Below, piece by piece: positions 1-13,319 of a DNA stretch of 64,000 nucleotides (positions within the stretch are counted from its first letter, which is position 1; each line of letters starts with the position of its first letter). The DNA comes from Octopus bimaculoides (Eukaryota). Under the pieces are notes generated by a model. The model ran no database searches, had not been told where the DNA came from, and saw only the letters and a program-made list of their open reading frames with translations. The translations under genes were made by a program, and so were the position numbers. Location of the stretch: contig NC_068986.1 in NCBI RefSeq assembly GCF_001194135.2, forward strand, positions 41,745,386-41,809,385, written 5' to 3'.

Positions 1-175
1 CTCGCTTGAAATGCTTTTGTTTACAGACCTTTTCTGTCAGATCCAAGCTGGGAATAACCAACGTTATTAACCACGAAACGCTCTCGTTCTCTACGTCCGC
101 AGCATTCTCATTGTCTCGTTTCTGCGTGTTCCGAGTTAAACTCCTGTCTGGGACGAGGTTTCCCTCAGTTCTCCT
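1..175 (-). CDS. Candidate minus-strand exon running off the window start (RRTEGNLVPDRSLTRNTQKRDNENAADVENESVSWL...)
   Basis: Acceptor CTATTTTTGCAG| at 176-177. Frame 0 is open for 58 codons to the window edge, and the other two frames close quickly. GC is higher than in the flanks. No family recognised. Confidence 0.3.
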
Positions 176-2557
176 CTGCAAAAATAGACTTTCTGTTATA
201 TCAAAAAAACTGCTGAAATATTGCTAGTTAAGTGTGTGTGTGTGTGCTGTCAAACTATGTAAAGGTGGCAATCCCAGAATTTAACATTGAAGGGTTTATC
301 TAGAGTGTAGCAAGTTCGATCTTTGGTTAGAACAAGGATCTAATTCGGACACTACTCGGTTTTATTTGGCCTCCTCAGTGAAGTGAATGTCTAACTCTTA
401 TTAGACCTTAGAATGACTAAAAGGATAAAGATTTTTAGTGAAATGCATTCACTGGTTTAGAAATTTAACCCTTGGTCTGATCCTAGATTTTTATAAGTTT
501 ATCGTAAATGTCCAAGCTAAGTTTTAGACTTTTAGTTGGCCCTTGTTTCATACGTTCTGAGTTAAATAAATCTTTCCTTTTATAAGTCCCAAGTTTTCCA
601 GTAGTTGAATAAATTAGTAATATGTATCATATATGATGCATTGACACCAGGGAAATATGTCCTCTGTATCACGTCTTACACAGGAGAGGGAAAGAGTTAC
701 AATAATGATACAATGAAATTTTCACTAGGTTGTCTTCTGCATGAAGAACGTGTGCTAATACACTCAAGCTTGCGAGCCTATAAAGTGTTAGTCTGGCTGG
801 AATATTGGAGTCGTAAGTGGAGAAGAGAGACTATCAGTGGCAGTACGTATGAAATATGTACAAAGATACATGTAGTTCAGAGTTGCAGTCCATAAGAGAA
901 AGAAAGACAGAGCGATTACAGTTTAGACAGAAGAGGAGGTTCATCATCTGTTTCTTCTCAATTAACTTTGGTAGCAAATGTAACTGAATATCTCGTTGAA
1001 CCTGCTTAAACTTCATGAGCATGTTAGACCGCATCTAAAATGCATTTTATACTTTATCACCAAAGGTACAGAAGGTCTTAAAAGTTTGCACAATTACATG
1101 ATTTCGAGTTCTATCCGACCGACTACGTGTTTTTCTTTTTTTTCTTTCTAGACATATATCACTCCCAACAGCTTTGTTTTAATCAAAATTTCATTCAGAA
1201 ATTTTGTAGACGGAAACTGTGATGGAGATACGTAGGATGTATTGTTAATGTTCTTGAGAAGTAGATTTAATCCGCTGCCTGGTTTAATATCACCCTCTGA
1301 TTATTTGGTTATCTGCATTTGGCCCGGGTTTCTTGTTTGAAGTCACAGATCATATAAAGGGAAACATGAGCAAATGTTCTTCTGATAGAGCTATAAAAAT
1401 TAAATAAAGGGAAACCTAAAATTTAGTGAATGTAGCAATCTTTTGAGGACATAACTAACATTCTTAAAAATTGTATTAAGGTGGCAAGCTGGCAGAATAG
1501 TTAGAGTAGTGGAAAATGTTTTGCGGTATATGTTCCAGCTTTTAACATTCTGAGTTCAAATCCCGCCGGGATCTATTTTACGTTTCATCCATTCGAGTCT
1601 ATGCTATAAATTAACAGTAAAGTACAGGGGTTGATGGTATCGGCCAATCTCCTCCCCTCGAAATTACTGACTTTGAGATTTTTAAATTCCATTTTTAAAT
1701 TCCATTTGCTTACACTCAACTTCGTGAGTGGAAAACGTCTTTACAACTACTGTCACAACTTACAGTTCAGCTCTGGTTGTTGATATTGTAGTTTCTGAAT
1801 GATTTAGCTGATGTTTGAATAATTTTGCTATATCTGTCAGCACAAATTTTAGCCTTGTGTCGAAACAGTTTGTCGTCGTTTGTTTTACATGGCATTAGAT
1901 GTACACCGAATTCATTAAATGAAATCATATTTACTAGATTGTTTATATTCCCTTTTCATAACACCTATACACTAATGCCAATGCAAACAGTTATTCGATG
2001 ACAATTGCACTAATGAATAATATGGCCATTTTAACGAGGTTGAAAAGTAGGTCTTCCGTTCTTGTGCTATATTCCGGGCAAATAGCTTCTGTTAATCCTT
2101 TTCGAAATTAACGGTAGCTTGGTTTTGTGGTAGAACAGGAGCAGTGTTTTGTCAAAATATAAGAATAATGCGGGAGACATTACCCATCGCAGCTAAATAA
2201 AATCTAAATATTACACAATAAAATAAAGTACAGACATTCACTGAGTTATAGAAGTGCTAAGTTCCTGAAAGCCATGCTGTAAAGTGAAACGTACTTTCGC
2301 ATTTCTGTGTTAGAGAAAATACATTTCATATATATTCAACGATTCCATCAAGTGGAGGAAGCGTGAATTTTATTCAACAATTTATCTGAGAATCTAGTTA
2401 TATAATATACAGATTCAGATAGCTGTCTCTCACTTTGATCATCTTTAATCTTCCCCCCCCCCCCGTCTTTCTCTCTCTTTGGTTAATTTAATAATTAATC
2501 CCACCTATCAATTTAACATTTAGCTAATTTTCTTTTCCTCTATATACTTGCACTTAC

Positions 2558-2609
2558 CTTGTAAACATCAAGCTTCAACAATTTGGCAAAACCTCTTGTA
2601 ATTATTACG
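2558..2609 (-). CDS. Candidate 52-nt exon (VIITRGFAKLLKLDVYK)
   Basis: ACATCAG| acceptor and perfect AAG|GTAAGT donor. The single open frame ends in phase 0, compatible with the 1-175 exon. Confidence 0.3.
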
Positions 2610-3267
2610 CTGATGTATATGAAAGTCTAACTAAATCGATCACTAAACTGCCTTCAAAGAGAGAGCCTCTACGTGGTTCTCGATTTTATCAGAAATAGCA
2701 GCCAAAACATTCTCAATTCACACCTTTCTTTTTTTAGATAAAATAGGATACAATCTTAGCATAAATGGCACAATGGTCATTTATGGAGCGCCTTTGAACG
2801 AAAAGTCTGTCGATCATTGCTGACTTGGGGCTAAAGAGCAAGCAATAAAATTTAAAATAGTTTACTGTATATTATTCGTACGACGACTGCACTGTAAGAA
2901 CTATGTCGGTGAGTGGGAGTAGTAATATTTACATTTTCCGCCTAGCATTTCTTTCACTGCTTTCTCTGTTGTCTTCGTTACACTGTTACACCCCATTCTC
3001 CATAAAGACTTTCCTGGGAACTGAGATTGAATAGGACATTGTGTTTTGTAGCCAGACGTTTAACTTCCATCCCATAAATTTGCTTTTATACAGCAATACT
3101 TATAAAATGTTCCAGTTTTGCGTGAAAGACAATTTGAAACATGGTAAGATAGTTATAAATTCAAAGAACAAAATATATTTGTTTGGATCTGCAAACCTTT
3201 AAATCTATAATAACTATATTTAAAAACGAACAACTGTATTACAAGATAATATAGTAATTATAATATA

Positions 3268-3475
3268 TGAGGAAGTGCTGAAAAATTCTTGGCTTTAAGG
3301 GTGTCACGAAAGGCCTGGTGGGAGGCCCAACCGTCCGAGTTATTTTACAGGGCTTAGAAAAACTGAAGGACAGCTGCAGTAAGTGTGTGAATCTGAGAGG
3401 GGAATAAAATCATAATTAACTGATCCTCTTGTATTTTCTTTTACCCAAAGCCATAAACTTTTCAACACCCTTTCG
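3268..3475 (+). mobile_element. Mariner-derived MITE retaining the transposase C-terminus
   Basis: TA on both flanks and imperfect TIRs of about 29 bp (TGAGGAAGTGCTGAAAAATTCTTGGCTTT / AAAGCCATAAACTTTTCAACACCCTTTCG). The interior reads KAWWEAQPSE..LQGLEKLKDSCSKCVNLRGE*, resembling the mariner GIxKLxxRWxKCxxxxGxY end. Confidence 0.75.
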
Positions 3476-5659
3476 TAATTTATCCAGTTTGAGCGAGGTT
3501 TGGGCAGGTCTGTCGTCTCAGCATTTCAGGTCCTCGAGCAAAGCAATGCATTGGGGCCCTGCGTGCACGGTCTCAACATACATGGAGGGAATTGACCTCC
3601 CTAGATTAGTGGGTACCTCAATACAACTGCTTACCTCCAAAAACCTGTACCTTAAGACGGTATTGGGTTTTGGAGAAAAACACTAATCAATACTTATTCC
3701 AATCGGCAGATTGTAGAGTTGCTGTCATCATTGCAGTGACTCGACAGATGTGCTTCAGTAAACTCAAATAATGATGTGGTATATACTTTAACATAGACTT
3801 TAAATCATACAATAATACAAAAGATTAATTTACTTGAAATCCAGTGCTTTGTTCATACAATACGAAACTCAGATTGTATGCTTTACTGATTAAATTCAGT
3901 TTTTCCATCTCATCAAAGAAGATAAAATACCGACGGATAGCTTTTAGGTAACAGCAGCTTAGGCCATGATTAATTTTTATGGTTTGTAGTGAGGATTTTC
4001 GGTTCACTCCCGCTTACAGAGTAGGCCATTGAAACTTGATGTTTAAGTAGTATCTCATAAACATTCTACAGAAAAAAACTACGATGATTGCTTCCAGGAT
4101 GGCATACTTTTGCAATGACACGTGATAAAACTTTAATAATCATAAAACGCTTTGTAAAACTTTCTGAGGGACATTACTATTTTGCGTTATGAATAAACAA
4201 TCTGAATATTAATGTTCCGTGGATCAAATACCAGTGTTCTGCTGAATGTGTTAGGTGATCATTGAGCCGTAATGTCGTTGTGGAAGAGTTACTTCATTTT
4301 TCAAAGAAAATTATTTCAATAACATAGTTAGATGTATCGTGTAAGTTAACATTTAAAAAATCCCATACTGGGTTCAGTGAAATATTTGAAACTGTCAATC
4401 AATTGGATCTACCACGCCAAATGTCCCGATCGAGAAATGCAACATCAACGTCAGGTCTGGGTTTTAATCACATTGGTCTTTCACTAGCTGAAATATCTCC
4501 TCTGTGCATACCACGACTACAGATGATAGCAGTAGTTCGCTACTCAAAACTCTGGAATTTCCGAATTAGGGATCGTCTACGGGATGCAGAACTATGCAAC
4601 ATGCAGTTAAAAAGCAAACCGGAGGAAATATTTTACACGAGTTCTTATAAAATATATGTAGTCTAGAAGACACTATATATTCTTGCATGATAGCTATAAA
4701 TTTGCTATTAAATCCGATTAATTGACAAGAATGGTGGAGTTGGTTTAAGAGTTGGAACAGATTAATAGATGCTTTAAAGGCATCTGGTAATCCATTGATC
4801 TTTAAAAGCTCTTATGAACTAACTACCAAATAAAGCCTCTTCTATGGTCGCTCGACTTCTTAGAAATGGCAACTAAATCTCCTTCAAAATCAGAGTCGGC
4901 GTGATTGCTTTTTCTAAAATATAAGGCGCGACGTAGATGTGCTCCCGTTTTATTGCGGTTTATTCTATGATTAAATTAATATCAAAGAAAATTTAGCGGA
5001 GAAAGATGAAATTATTGAACAGTATTTTTTTCTTAGCGTTTAGCCGGGAGAGATGATGGTGCCCATATCTCTTTGCAGGGCCTTCAATATTGGTAGAAGG
5101 GAGGGGTAAGTTATCCTCAAGCCTGTTGCATGTGCCCGGTGTTATTATAATGGATGAAGGTATGATTATTGAATGGTTATTATTTTGATATTATGATATT
5201 TTTTAAATAATATTTCTATCTTTATATAATAAGTATTTCATATTAATTCATTTGGTACTTATTGTTGGTTGAGATATATATCTAATTATTGTTCTACTTA
5301 CGATCTGACGAGTAGCTATATTTTTGAATAGAACTATTTTCGATAATTTCAATTGATTTTAATCGATTTAAATTTCTTTTCTATTTGAAAATTGGTTATG
5401 AAACACGTGTAATCTTTTTATTATATTTATCTTATGATATTTACTTTACTTTATATTATACTCATTTATTGTGCTTTTAATTATTAATTTTTCTATATGT
5501 GATAGTGGATTTTCATCGATGAGTTCTTGAAAATTGGTTATTTTCCCGAAAACTATATATTTTATATATACTTTATCTATAAGGCTCAATTTAATTTTAA
5601 ATTTTTATAAATTGATTTTAATTGAGTTTTTTACCTGTAATTTTGGATTTTGTCCCTAA

Positions 5660-5850
5660 TAATATTATTATATATATATATATATGAATATATATGTATA
5701 TACGTGTGTATGTTTGTATATGTGTATGTATATGTGTGTGTATATATATATATATATATATGAATGAATATGTGTATATGTTTGTATGTATATGTATGTA
5801 CATATAATTGTATTATATGTGTGTATGTATGTGTATATGTATATATGAAC
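5660..5850. repeat. Compound (TA)n/(TG)n microsatellite
   Basis: Read directly from the sequence. Confidence 0.9.
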
Positions 5851-7139
5851 GGGAATACAGAGATCGTGTTGCTTAGGTCACCAAAATTTCCGAGACGTTT
5901 TTTTTTTTTTTTTTCACCACTCTTCACTGAAATATTCTATAAACTTAAGTGGTTTTCGGTCGAGGAAGAGATGACACCACCAGGTTGGTACAGATTTTTT
6001 AATCTGCATTATTTACTGAGAAGATATATTTGGAGTTCTATTTATTTCTAATGTGATATAAGTACACTTAAGTCCGAGCTCAATCCTAATTGCGTATAAA
6101 TATAACCAAATAGGTTTCAGACGTGACAATTTCCTGTCTTTTTTACAATACAGAAAGTTGATCCTTTTTATTTGACTTATTTTATCACCCTTTTATTGTT
6201 AGTGAAAACGTTTCGTCCCTAAGTGATCACAATATAGGCCTTCCACCAAATCTAAGACAACATACTTTTAAGACAAGTGGCTATCATTTGAAGACGATTT
6301 AACCATTATTTCTAGCAAGTCGAGTAACCACTAAGAAGCTTATTCGTTAATCATAATCAAAGTAGCTGGATGGGTAGTGATAAACAGATAATGTTAATTA
6401 GACGATATTAATCAACAAACCGTTAAGTTTGCGGAGATGTAAACATATCAATGCTGGTTGTCAAGCGATGTTGGGGACAAACACGAAGATGCGCGCGCAC
6501 ACACACGCACGCACGCACGCACGCACGCACGCACATGTACACACATACATCGCGCGCGCGCGCACGGTAGGCTTCCACCTACCAAATTTTATCGAAAGGC
6601 ATTGGTAGGCCTGGAGCTATAGTAGAAAACATTTGCCCCAGGTGCTTCGCAGTGGGACTGAAACCCAAAAGCGCGTAGGTTACAAAGAGAGCTTCTTAAC
6701 CATACAGTCATGTCTGCGCGTAAATCGGATGCAGTCTAGAATAGATAATCTTATTTATCAATGAGTTTATTGAATCTAAATATGCTAAATGTCCAAGCTA
6801 ACTTGTGTGTTGTACATTTTAGTGATCCCTTCATTGGCTAAGTCTATTTCATCACAGCAGTGAGGTTGTGCTTAGCTGATGAGTTATAGTAAGACCTATA
6901 CATGTCAGGAGTTGTTTCTCGTACTTGCTGAAATTATCAAAGCGATAGTAATAATTAAATTGTTGTCTTTTCCTCGCCGCCTAATTATTTCTAATTAGGC
7001 TTTCGATGTTCGTTATATTGATTATGCTAAAAGCACCATTTAACTAGAAAGCTTTTGCGTTTGCGGACGTGATGAAGTGTCTTGAAATTCATATATATAA
7101 AAAAAACTATCATTCAACGTCTTTGAGAAGTTCATGCTT

Positions 7140-7505
7140 AAAGCATTTATTTTATGACCCCGAAAGGATGAAAGGCAAAGTCAACCCCGGCAGAATTTGA
7201 ACTTAGAACGTAGAGCGAGAAGAAATGGCGCTATGCATTTTCTCCAGCATGTTAATAATTTTGCCAGCTCGCTGCCTTCAAGAAGCTTTTAATAATTCTC
7301 TTCTATAGGCACAGGGCCTGAAATTTGGTGGTGGGGAGGGAGCTAGTCAATTATATCAACCCTAGTGCTCGACTGGTACTTCTTTTATCGACCTCGAAAT
7401 GATAAAAAGCAAAGATGACCTTGGTGGAATTTGTACTCAGAACGTAAAGACGGCCGAAATACCGTTAAGCATTTTGTCCGACTTGCTAAAGATTGTGCCA
7501 GCAAA
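7140..7505 (-). mobile_element. Tandem pair of family A SINEs
   Basis: Two same-orientation copies, 7140-7276 and 7295-7502. Confidence 0.8.
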
Positions 7506-7980
7506 GGTTTTTAACAATAACCACAAAAAAAAAAAAAAAACTATAAAAGCTGATTTTATTTCAAAAATGTTCTTCAAACTAACAATTGCTTATTGTTTCC
7601 CTTTGATTTGCAGTCAAATATCTGTTTTTTCATGTCTTCCATTTTCAAGTCACATGGGTAAGCAAATAGCTTGCATATACAGAAGATTCTTTGTGTGCGT
7701 ACGTGTGTATCTTATAGACCTGCTGACTAATGCATTCCATACTTAACAGTATGCACATCATCGTTCTTTGTTTATGGAGCCTGTCTGGAGATTGGTCAGT
7801 GACAAGTTATCAAGACTTTAAGTCTATTTAATCTTGTGTGACACCTAAAGGCCTTTAACGTGTACTGGTAAACACGGCAGAAAAAAATGAGAAATGAATA
7901 GGAATTTTGTCAAGTTGTTACCCTGAGTGTATGTGTGAACAAAATAACATTTTTAAAAAATGATTTCTTTGCAAGCATAC

Positions 7981-8004
7981 GTTTCTTTTCGTCCTCTTTG
8001 CCCT
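7981..8004 (-). other. Candidate 24-nt purine-rich micro-exon
   Basis: TTGTTTGCAG|AGGGCAAAGAGGACGAAAAGAAAC|GTATGC; length is divisible by 3 and all three frames are open. Confidence 0.2.
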
Positions 8005-8275
8005 CTGCAAACAATTCGCCTGTAAGCATGGTACGACGATTTCTAGTATTTCTTTTAGAAGTGAGGAAAGCAAGAGGTTGTGACATTTATACATTAGCAA
8101 TGTAAGTGATGTCTTTAATCAAGATTTCAAGCTCAATTTTTCAAGCTCAGATCGTCGTAACTTATGTTTTCTTATTTAGACATACGTTTTATTTACTTAT
8201 TAATTATTTTATCAAAGAAATGAGGCTATAAGATAGTCATGCCTTTCACAAATGAAGTGGATCCAGTTAAGGAAG

Positions 8276-8470
8276 TACAGTAATCCCTCGACTATCGGGG
8301 GTGTTACGTTCTAAAAACCTCTCTCTCTTTCACACACGTATACATATATAACCCTGATAGAGGACGAAGATCACCCAATAATATTGGTTTGGCAAAGATC
8401 TATCAAAAACATTGGCGGCGGAGGACAGATTCCAAGCGCGTCATAGTGAAACGCATCGCAATTACGGCCA
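8276..8470 (+). mobile_element. Tigger/pogo-like terminal fragment
   Basis: TA-CAGTAATCCCTCGACTATCGGGGGTGTTACGTTC resembles Tigger-type TIRs; no partner TIR was found. Confidence 0.4.
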
Positions 8471-10770
8471 CTTAAAAACTCTCTCTCTCTCTCTCTCTCT
8501 ATGACATTTATTGTGTCTTCTGTGTACAAATCGATGCACGACTACTACTGTTTGGAGCTCCATTTTGACTATCATCGTCCATCTTGCTTCTAGTATAGTA
8601 GTTAAGTATTACTAATTATATTATGTAGAGCAAATGTAGAAGAAATTACGATAATCAAAAGTTTACATCATTTGCTCCTAAGTACGCTTCACTGTTGTAG
8701 TTGTTTGGAATTCTTTATTGGATGTTTTACCTCAACAGATTGTCAGTGAACTCTTATTCCATTATATCACAACCAACAATGGTAAAATGTACGTAGTAAC
8801 AATGGCATACATATACACATACATACATAGTTTTTTACATGCATACTTTTTCCAATTTATTCGAGTAGAAGGAAACTAGCATGTTGAGTCCTCAATCTAG
8901 TTTTGTTTGCTTCCGGGAAAGGCAAGAGCATCATAAGTTTCTACTTTTCTTTTTGAATCTTTGAATCTAGTGATCTTAATGTCAAGGTACAACTGATTTC
9001 AGTTGTTTTGATGCCTATTTGATATCTACTCAAATTACCCGGAAAGTTCTGCTCACTATGATAATGCGACATAGATTTTCTAAAACCCTGGATAAGGGAC
9101 TGCTCCCGTTGACTGCATTTAATTGGTTGAGTTTTATGTTTTTAAGGATTTGTCTCAATATTTTTAGGCTGGTATTTTGGTAGAGAAACATGGACAAGGC
9201 AAAAGTTCAAGTGAAAATTTGGTTCTTCTAGGGAAAGAAGATTTAACCATGTTTTGAACGAAATTTAAGGAGTTATTTAGCCACAGGTCAACCCTGACTG
9301 AGCAAACTTATGAGCAAAGGCGTTCTCGCCTTGACCTTTTTTTTTTATGTCATAAACTATATTGTCCAAAGTATTCTTATTTTAGGACTGTAGGATGTAA
9401 TCTAAGGGAGATTTGGCTGTCATTTTTAGCAGATTGTGAAACCGCATGCAGGGTCTTATGACGGGCGTTAAGAGAGGTGGGAGGGTTTCCAGAAGCGGTG
9501 TGAACACCATTGATTGTAGAATATTTACTTCAAATAATTTTCGGCTTCATTTACTTCTGTTCAACAACTGTCAAAGATTTCTGACCTAAATGTTCAACCC
9601 GCCGAGGCTTAATTTCTAACGTGACCCTTATGACTCGCCTGTATAATAAACTCAACTGTAAAAAGGAGCTTTGGGAAGTTTTCACATTCCGTTCCGTATT
9701 TATGAACGTCCAGCAAATCCAGATAGTGACAAGCTTTTATGTGAAGAAATTTCTATGGCGGTTACGCTTCAAGTCTTCATTAAGTTATCTTTTGTTACGT
9801 GTATAAACGTGTGTTGTACATATATATATATCCATATATATATATATATGGAATCTGTTGTATATAGTCTCTGATCCATGGTAACTAGAATAGAAATTTT
9901 TGGCGCTAACTCTATCGTTGTTCATAGACCCCAATAACTTAATTTTTACTTTTTGTGATTATAGGTCTATAAAAATAAGTTGATTGCCACTTTTTAAATA
10001 AGAAATATTTGTTTACTTAAACAGAATTCTTGAAATATCTCATTCTCATTTATTATCGTTTGTTCCCCCCCTCTCTCTCCCCCCTCTCTCTCCCNNNNNN
10101 NNNNNNNNNNNNNNNNNNNNNNNNNNNNNNNNNNNNNNNNNNNNNNNNNNNNNNNNNNNNNNNNNNNNNNNNNNNNNNNNNNNNNNNNNNNNNNNNNNNN
10201 NNNNNNNNNNCTCTCCCCCTCTCTCTCCCCCTCTCTCTTACTGAACTGTCTCACACACATTCTGGAGGTAGTATTCTCATATTCATTGTCCTCTAATTTA
10301 TTGATTCAAATTTCAACACTGGTAAAGCTAATGGGTCGAACGGTGAATAGTAAGATTAATTTAGGTGTTTCAATGTGTGTATGTTAACTGTATTCTATTG
10401 AAGTAATATATAGTGAATATACAGGTATATTACTGGTATTTGTTTGATGGAAAACACATTGGGAATGAAAGCCTAAGTTGATCTCAGTGTTACTTGACTT
10501 TATCGTCTAGAAGGGTTAACTAAATTATGAGGTATTCAGTTTAAGCATTCTCCGATTTCTATTTACTTCACAACCTTAATGATTTTATTCATTGGTACTT
10601 GGTTTAATGTTGAAAGAGGAGACAGAATCAAACTTCTTAATGCCTTTCATCGTGATTTCAAATCGGCAGTTCCATTCTCGATCGGCGCAGTTATCTCTAA
10701 CTACGCCAATCAAGAATCGAACCCAGGTTGGGTGTTCAGCCTATCATTGTTATTTTCTTTTCTAAATGCA

Positions 10771-11130
10771 AAACTTCGTCTGTACGCATCTATTGTCATT
10801 CCTGCAGCGTTGCATGCAAAGTTAGACATAGAAGCAGACGGAGAGAATTTGTAATATGGTGAATGTCTTGCATTGTCAATACCTTAGAAATATCCTAAAA
10901 AACAATGAAATCATGTGAAGAACTGGTCTAAGTAAACTGCAAATCATTATCACAGCTAGACGAAGAAAGCTGCTTGGCCATGTATTGCGTTTACCATTGG
11001 AGAGACTAGTAATGATAGCCAGTCGTGTGGATAGTTCAAAGAGGAAGGAGAAAGAAAGGCAGGTTGGTGACGACATGGCAATGCACTGTGCAGGAAGATT
11101 TCACCAAGATGGATTAAGGAGGGTGCCGTT
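10771..11130 (+). mobile_element. Decayed RTE-clade LINE 3' end
   Basis: Frameshifted KLRLYASIVIPAALHA ... RTGLSKLQIIITARRRKLLGHVLRLPLER, typical of the RTE RT C-terminal region. Confidence 0.7.
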
Positions 11131-11479
11131 TAGATCAGATTAGAGAACTCTAGTTACCCAAGCCCTTTGAGCGAATGGAGATAACCTAACATAAATGAGA
11201 AAAAGGAAACTGGCTACTTGTCAATTTACCCGTGTAATCTGGGGGGAATTTAAATGTGGGTTTGTTGAAAGCAGGAAGTTACATAAAGTTACTAAACTAA
11301 ATGAAATACTGATTTACTTGTGTCAAATATTGGACTGCGGCTATGCTGGGGCACCGCTATTATATTTTGCTGATTAAAATCTGGAATTTATTCATTACAA
11401 CTGATGATGGTATGTGTCGGTAAAATTTAGCCAACAAGTATTTTCTAGATAGATAGGGTTAATTTGTCATGAGGATGGA

Positions 11480-11830
11480 GGTGCTAATAATTTCTTCGAA
11501 CTTAAATCCAAAGGATCTGTAGAATAAAGTTATTCGATGGAGTGCGTAGCTCGGAGATCAAGGGGTCTCTCAAGGCCGAGCCGCTATTTCTTTCCATTGA
11601 AATTATTATGGACATGTGATTAGAATGTTGCGGGAAAGAATTGCACAATGGATTCTTCAAGCTGGGCCAACTAGTAGAACAAGATGGCTGGATAATATTC
11701 ATAGTCTCAGTTGGTCACGGTTGGAAATCCAACCGAAAGTGTAATGACGGTTGCTTCTGATATGACCCTATGAAGGAGGTTCTTGAGGACTCTACCTCAA
11801 CGACACATCCAAGAAAAGCAGGCGAAGAAG
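11480..11830 (+). mobile_element. Second decayed RTE-clade LINE 3' end
   Basis: YYGHVIRMLRERIAQWILQAG..RTRWLDNI starting at 11604. Confidence 0.7.
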
Positions 11831-13319
11831 ATGGATAGATTCGATGGACATTAATCTTCATCTGGGAGTGGAAAGGAGGGAAAAGTGATGGTGCTTGGGC
11901 TGGAGGTACACCATTTATTTACCGAGTCTGGTTATCCTCGGTTGTAGGCCATTTTATTTCACTTCACTTACATCACCTAATGCTCTCTAGAAAATCAATG
12001 AACATCACTTTAATTATTATTTTCTATTTCCCTCTTAAATTCCAGTTTTTGTCTAAGAAACCAATGTATACTGCGGCAAGGAAAATCGTACTGGTGTCAC
12101 CATTGTTCACCGACAATGGATCACCTGCAACCACTATTAGTGTCATAGGATGTCAGTTGATCTACTTCGTAGGAATATATCCTATTCGTTATAATTGCTT
12201 TAGAATGTTTAATCTATTTCATAGGTTCTGCTGATATTAAGCCCGATCTGTTTTGTTTTTTTTTTTCTTCTTTTTTGACATCTATGATCGTACGTGCGTA
12301 TCCACATGTAGGCACATCATTTGAAATGGTGGTTCATTTTATAACGGATTGTTAGTTCAAGAAGACTACATTATTATCGCTGTTTTGTTTATGATACAAC
12401 CAATGTCTTGTTCGTACAGCCACTATATTTTGTATCTTCCTCTCCCTCTTCATACCTGAAAAGAAACAGATTGCCAAGTTGAATTAAAAGTTCATTCTCT
12501 ACTACGATCTCATTTTAAGCTGTTCATAACCCGTGACAGGTCACGGCGCATGATTTGAGAATTACTTCACTATTGTAGAGACAGTATTGTTTCGGGATTG
12601 TCATGAAAGCCACTGGCTCTTAACTACTTTGATTCAGTAGCCGGTCTCATCAAACACAAACATATATTTTCTTTTTCATTGTAATTTTTACTTTGCTCTT
12701 TTTCTCGTCTCTGCGAAGAAAGATTAAAGGGGAAAAAAGCGTATCTAGATCTGTAGTAAGCTACTTAATGACATGCACCATGTTGATTTTCTGAGCTGTT
12801 ATTCAGAAAAGATACATACTAATAACTCTTCTAATATCCATTATAGTTAAAAGAAAGTTAACTCTGTCTCCAGTACTGCAACGTTCCTTAAACAGTTATT
12901 TATCTGGTTCCTAAACTGCTAGAAATATCACACAAAACTCCTCAAATTCACGTCCTATCAGCTTAAAAAAAAAAAAAAATGGAAGGACAATGTATTCCTA
13001 GGTATATCGAAGAAACAAAAGTCTGAGTGCATGGTAACAGCTGCAAAGGCTTGGCTTATTTATCATGGCTGATCTAAAGCTAAACAAGCATTTTGAACAG
13101 TGCTAGAAACGGGAATCACTTGCATGACTTCTCAAATCTTAGAACCACAAATATAATCAGGTTGGATCACTGGTAAATTTATATTTCAGTCAATATATTT
13201 CAGTCAATATATTTGCAACGTGCCAACACGGTAGCCTCTAAGTGGTCGCTCGACCTGCTAGAAATATTCGCCAAATCTCTCTTAAATCACACGTTATTTT
13301 ATCATTTAAGATAATAGGA

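Noticed and set aside
605-895. 96-aa ORF and the other 60-130 aa ORFs in the track
   Set aside because: No domain similarity, and most overlap SINEs or simple repeats or are antisense to LINE fragments; this is expected by chance.
5305-5350. CUGACGA hammerhead start; similar partial hits at 11401, 31179, 37078, 54931 and 56494
   Set aside because: No correctly placed GAAA after a helix II; the 56494 hit is a mutated SINE tail.
5000-5620. Penelope RT/GIY-YIG remnant on the minus strand
   Set aside because: Extremely AT-rich with many stops; only a vague resemblance and no diagnostic motif.
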